A stretch of 64,000 bases of DNA, taken from contig OZ024749.1 in the NCBI GenBank assembly GCA_964016885.1, positions 27,218,001 to 27,282,000 on the forward strand, in the 5' to 3' direction. The notes beneath the pieces are model-generated. The model ran no database searches, was not told where the DNA came from, and saw only the letters and a list, made by a program, of their open reading frames with translations. Below, piece after piece: positions 62,501 to 64,000 of the stretch (the stretch's first letter is position 1; every line of letters begins with the position of its first letter). The DNA comes from Eledone cirrhosa (lineage: Eukaryota). A program made the position numbers and the translations under genes.

Positions 62501-63190
62501 TGCAATAAGTAGCAGCAAGTGCCCACAAAATACTAGCTCTTTCAATTGCGCAGAGGGTTCTATAGAAATAGTGGACAGCTTCCGTTACCTGGGGGACAAA
62601 ATCAGCAGTGGGGGATGGTGCTCTGAAAGTACAGTAGCTAGAGTCAGAACTGGATGGAAAAAGTTCAGAGAGCTTATACCACTATTAGCCGCTAAAGGGT
62701 TCTCCCTAAAAATGAAAGGCAGGTTGTATGATGCCTGCATACGAACAGCAATGTTGCATGGCAGTGAGACCTGGGTATTGTGTGCAGAGGATATACGCAG
62801 ACTAGAGAGGAACAAAGCTTGCATGCTCCGCTGGATGTGTAATAGTAATATACATGAATGGCAAAGCATAAACGAACTAAGGAAAAAATTAGAAATAAGA
62901 GGGATCAGATGTTGTTTACTCGAGAGAAGGCTACGTTGGTATGGTCACGTGATGCGCATGAAAGACGACAGCTGTATAACAAAGTGCAGGGCAATAAAGA
63001 TAGATGGTAACCACGGAGTAGGCAGACCCAGAAAAACCTGGGACGAGCTGATAAATTCCGACCTCACACACTTACACCTCTCCAAGACAATGTCACTGGA
63101 CCGAGACCTTTGGCGGTACTCAGTAACAGAGAAGACCCGCCTTACCTAAATACAAAGTAAAACCTACTACAGTCAGTAGGCATCTCTAAC
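59557..63190 (+). mobile_element. RTE LINE (5'-truncated) interrupted by an antisense RTE
   Basis: ORFs 59682-59954, 61493-61981 and 61929-63149; HYERLLN|EENKWE rejoins as at 8455. Confidence 0.92.
59955..61426 (-). mobile_element. 5'-truncated RTE LINE nested in the opposite orientation, TSD CTAAAT
   Basis: (CAT)n tail at 59955; CTAAAT at 59949-59954 and 61427-61432; RT motifs on the minus strand. Confidence 0.9.
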
Positions 63191-63209
63191 AAAATACTAA
63201 TATTCTTGC

Positions 63210-63740
63210 TCAGAACATTGACCGCCTGGAAACTGTTCAGAGACGTGCAACCAAGTGAATACCCTCCAAACTCTGAGCGCCTTGCTTCCCTGGGCATGGA
63301 TACATTGAAGCTCCGATGCCTGGCAACTGACTTTGTAAACACCCACAAAATTGTTAACCATCTTGCCAACAACAACCCTGAGTACCTTTTTGATTCCCAT
63401 GTGTATAACACACGTGGACATGCCCACAAAGTCAGAAAACAGCACAGTTCCCATGACTTTCGGAAACATTTTTTCACGCTCAGAGTTGCTGAAGCATGGA
63501 ACAAACTACCTGCATCAGTTGTTAGCTGTCGAGACACTGCATCCTTTAAGGCCTCCATGCTTCCCGAGATCCGCCAACACTACAGTTAATGTTCCCCCTC
63601 CATACACATACACACATGTATACCATGACTCATACACTATTCACTTTCCTGACATTTGTGTATTATTCTATGTACTATACATACACCTTTGACGAGTTGT
63701 AGTGCACCTGAGCACTTTACACAATAATTTCATTATATTA
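63210..63740 (+). mobile_element. CR1/L2-type LINE 3' end
   Basis: TRGHAHK..RKHFFTLRVAEAWNKLP. Confidence 0.8.
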
Positions 63741-63744
63741 TATT

Positions 63745-64000
63745 ATATAACGTTACGCCCTTATAATATCTGTCTGTATGTCTGGCTGTCTGCATTACGA
63801 CATTCTGACGCTATATGTGTGTATATGTATATATAGTGTGTGTATATATATATAGTGTGTAACGTTTTTCAAAATATTTACTACTGCGTTCACAGATTGA
63901 TTTTTTTAGTTTCAGAAGATCCTGTTAAGGGTGAAAGCAGCGATTCTTTGCTTAAACTTTAATCTGTTATTTTAATATATATATATATATATGTTATTTT
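63745..64000 (+). mobile_element. Helitron-family fragment
   Basis: Matches 37091-37130 and 30650-30780. Confidence 0.6.

Overview
This is AT-rich eukaryotic genomic DNA. Dense (TA)n/(CA)n/(GATA)n microsatellites, RTE LINEs with (ATG)n tails and tRNA-derived SINEs suggest an octopus or other coleoid cephalopod (inference). Two spliced + strand genes, only partly visible in the ORF track, were reconstructed by hand. The first is a 204-aa PQ-loop protein (SLC66A3/PQLC3-like; coding exons 925-1058, 4224-4306, 5797-5869, 6593-6659, 19324-19444, 20208-20344) with a U12-type minor intron. The second is a 303-aa regucalcin/SMP-30 (exons 38963-39119, 40715-40900, 41568-41783, 42414-42557, 44622-44830). 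The rest is mostly mobile DNA: two decayed Penelope-like elements, about seven type-I hammerhead ribozyme motifs, a maT (DD37D) derivative, hAT and foldback MITEs, Helitrons, RTE/CR1/R4 fragments, and a Tx1-like LINE whose ORF1 is split by an intact 4.2-kb LTR retrotransposon. The most striking observations are: non-coding retrozyme-like hammerhead elements, one with a rare U3-A8 core; duplicated 'decoy' splice sites in three consecutive introns of the PQ-loop gene; an atypical LTR element with a -1 frameshift pseudoknot, DIRS-like RNase H motifs and no canonical PBS; apparent (GATA)n targeting by Tx1; and the trace of a second tandem regucalcin unit. All calls come from manual reading; no database searches or folding programs were run.
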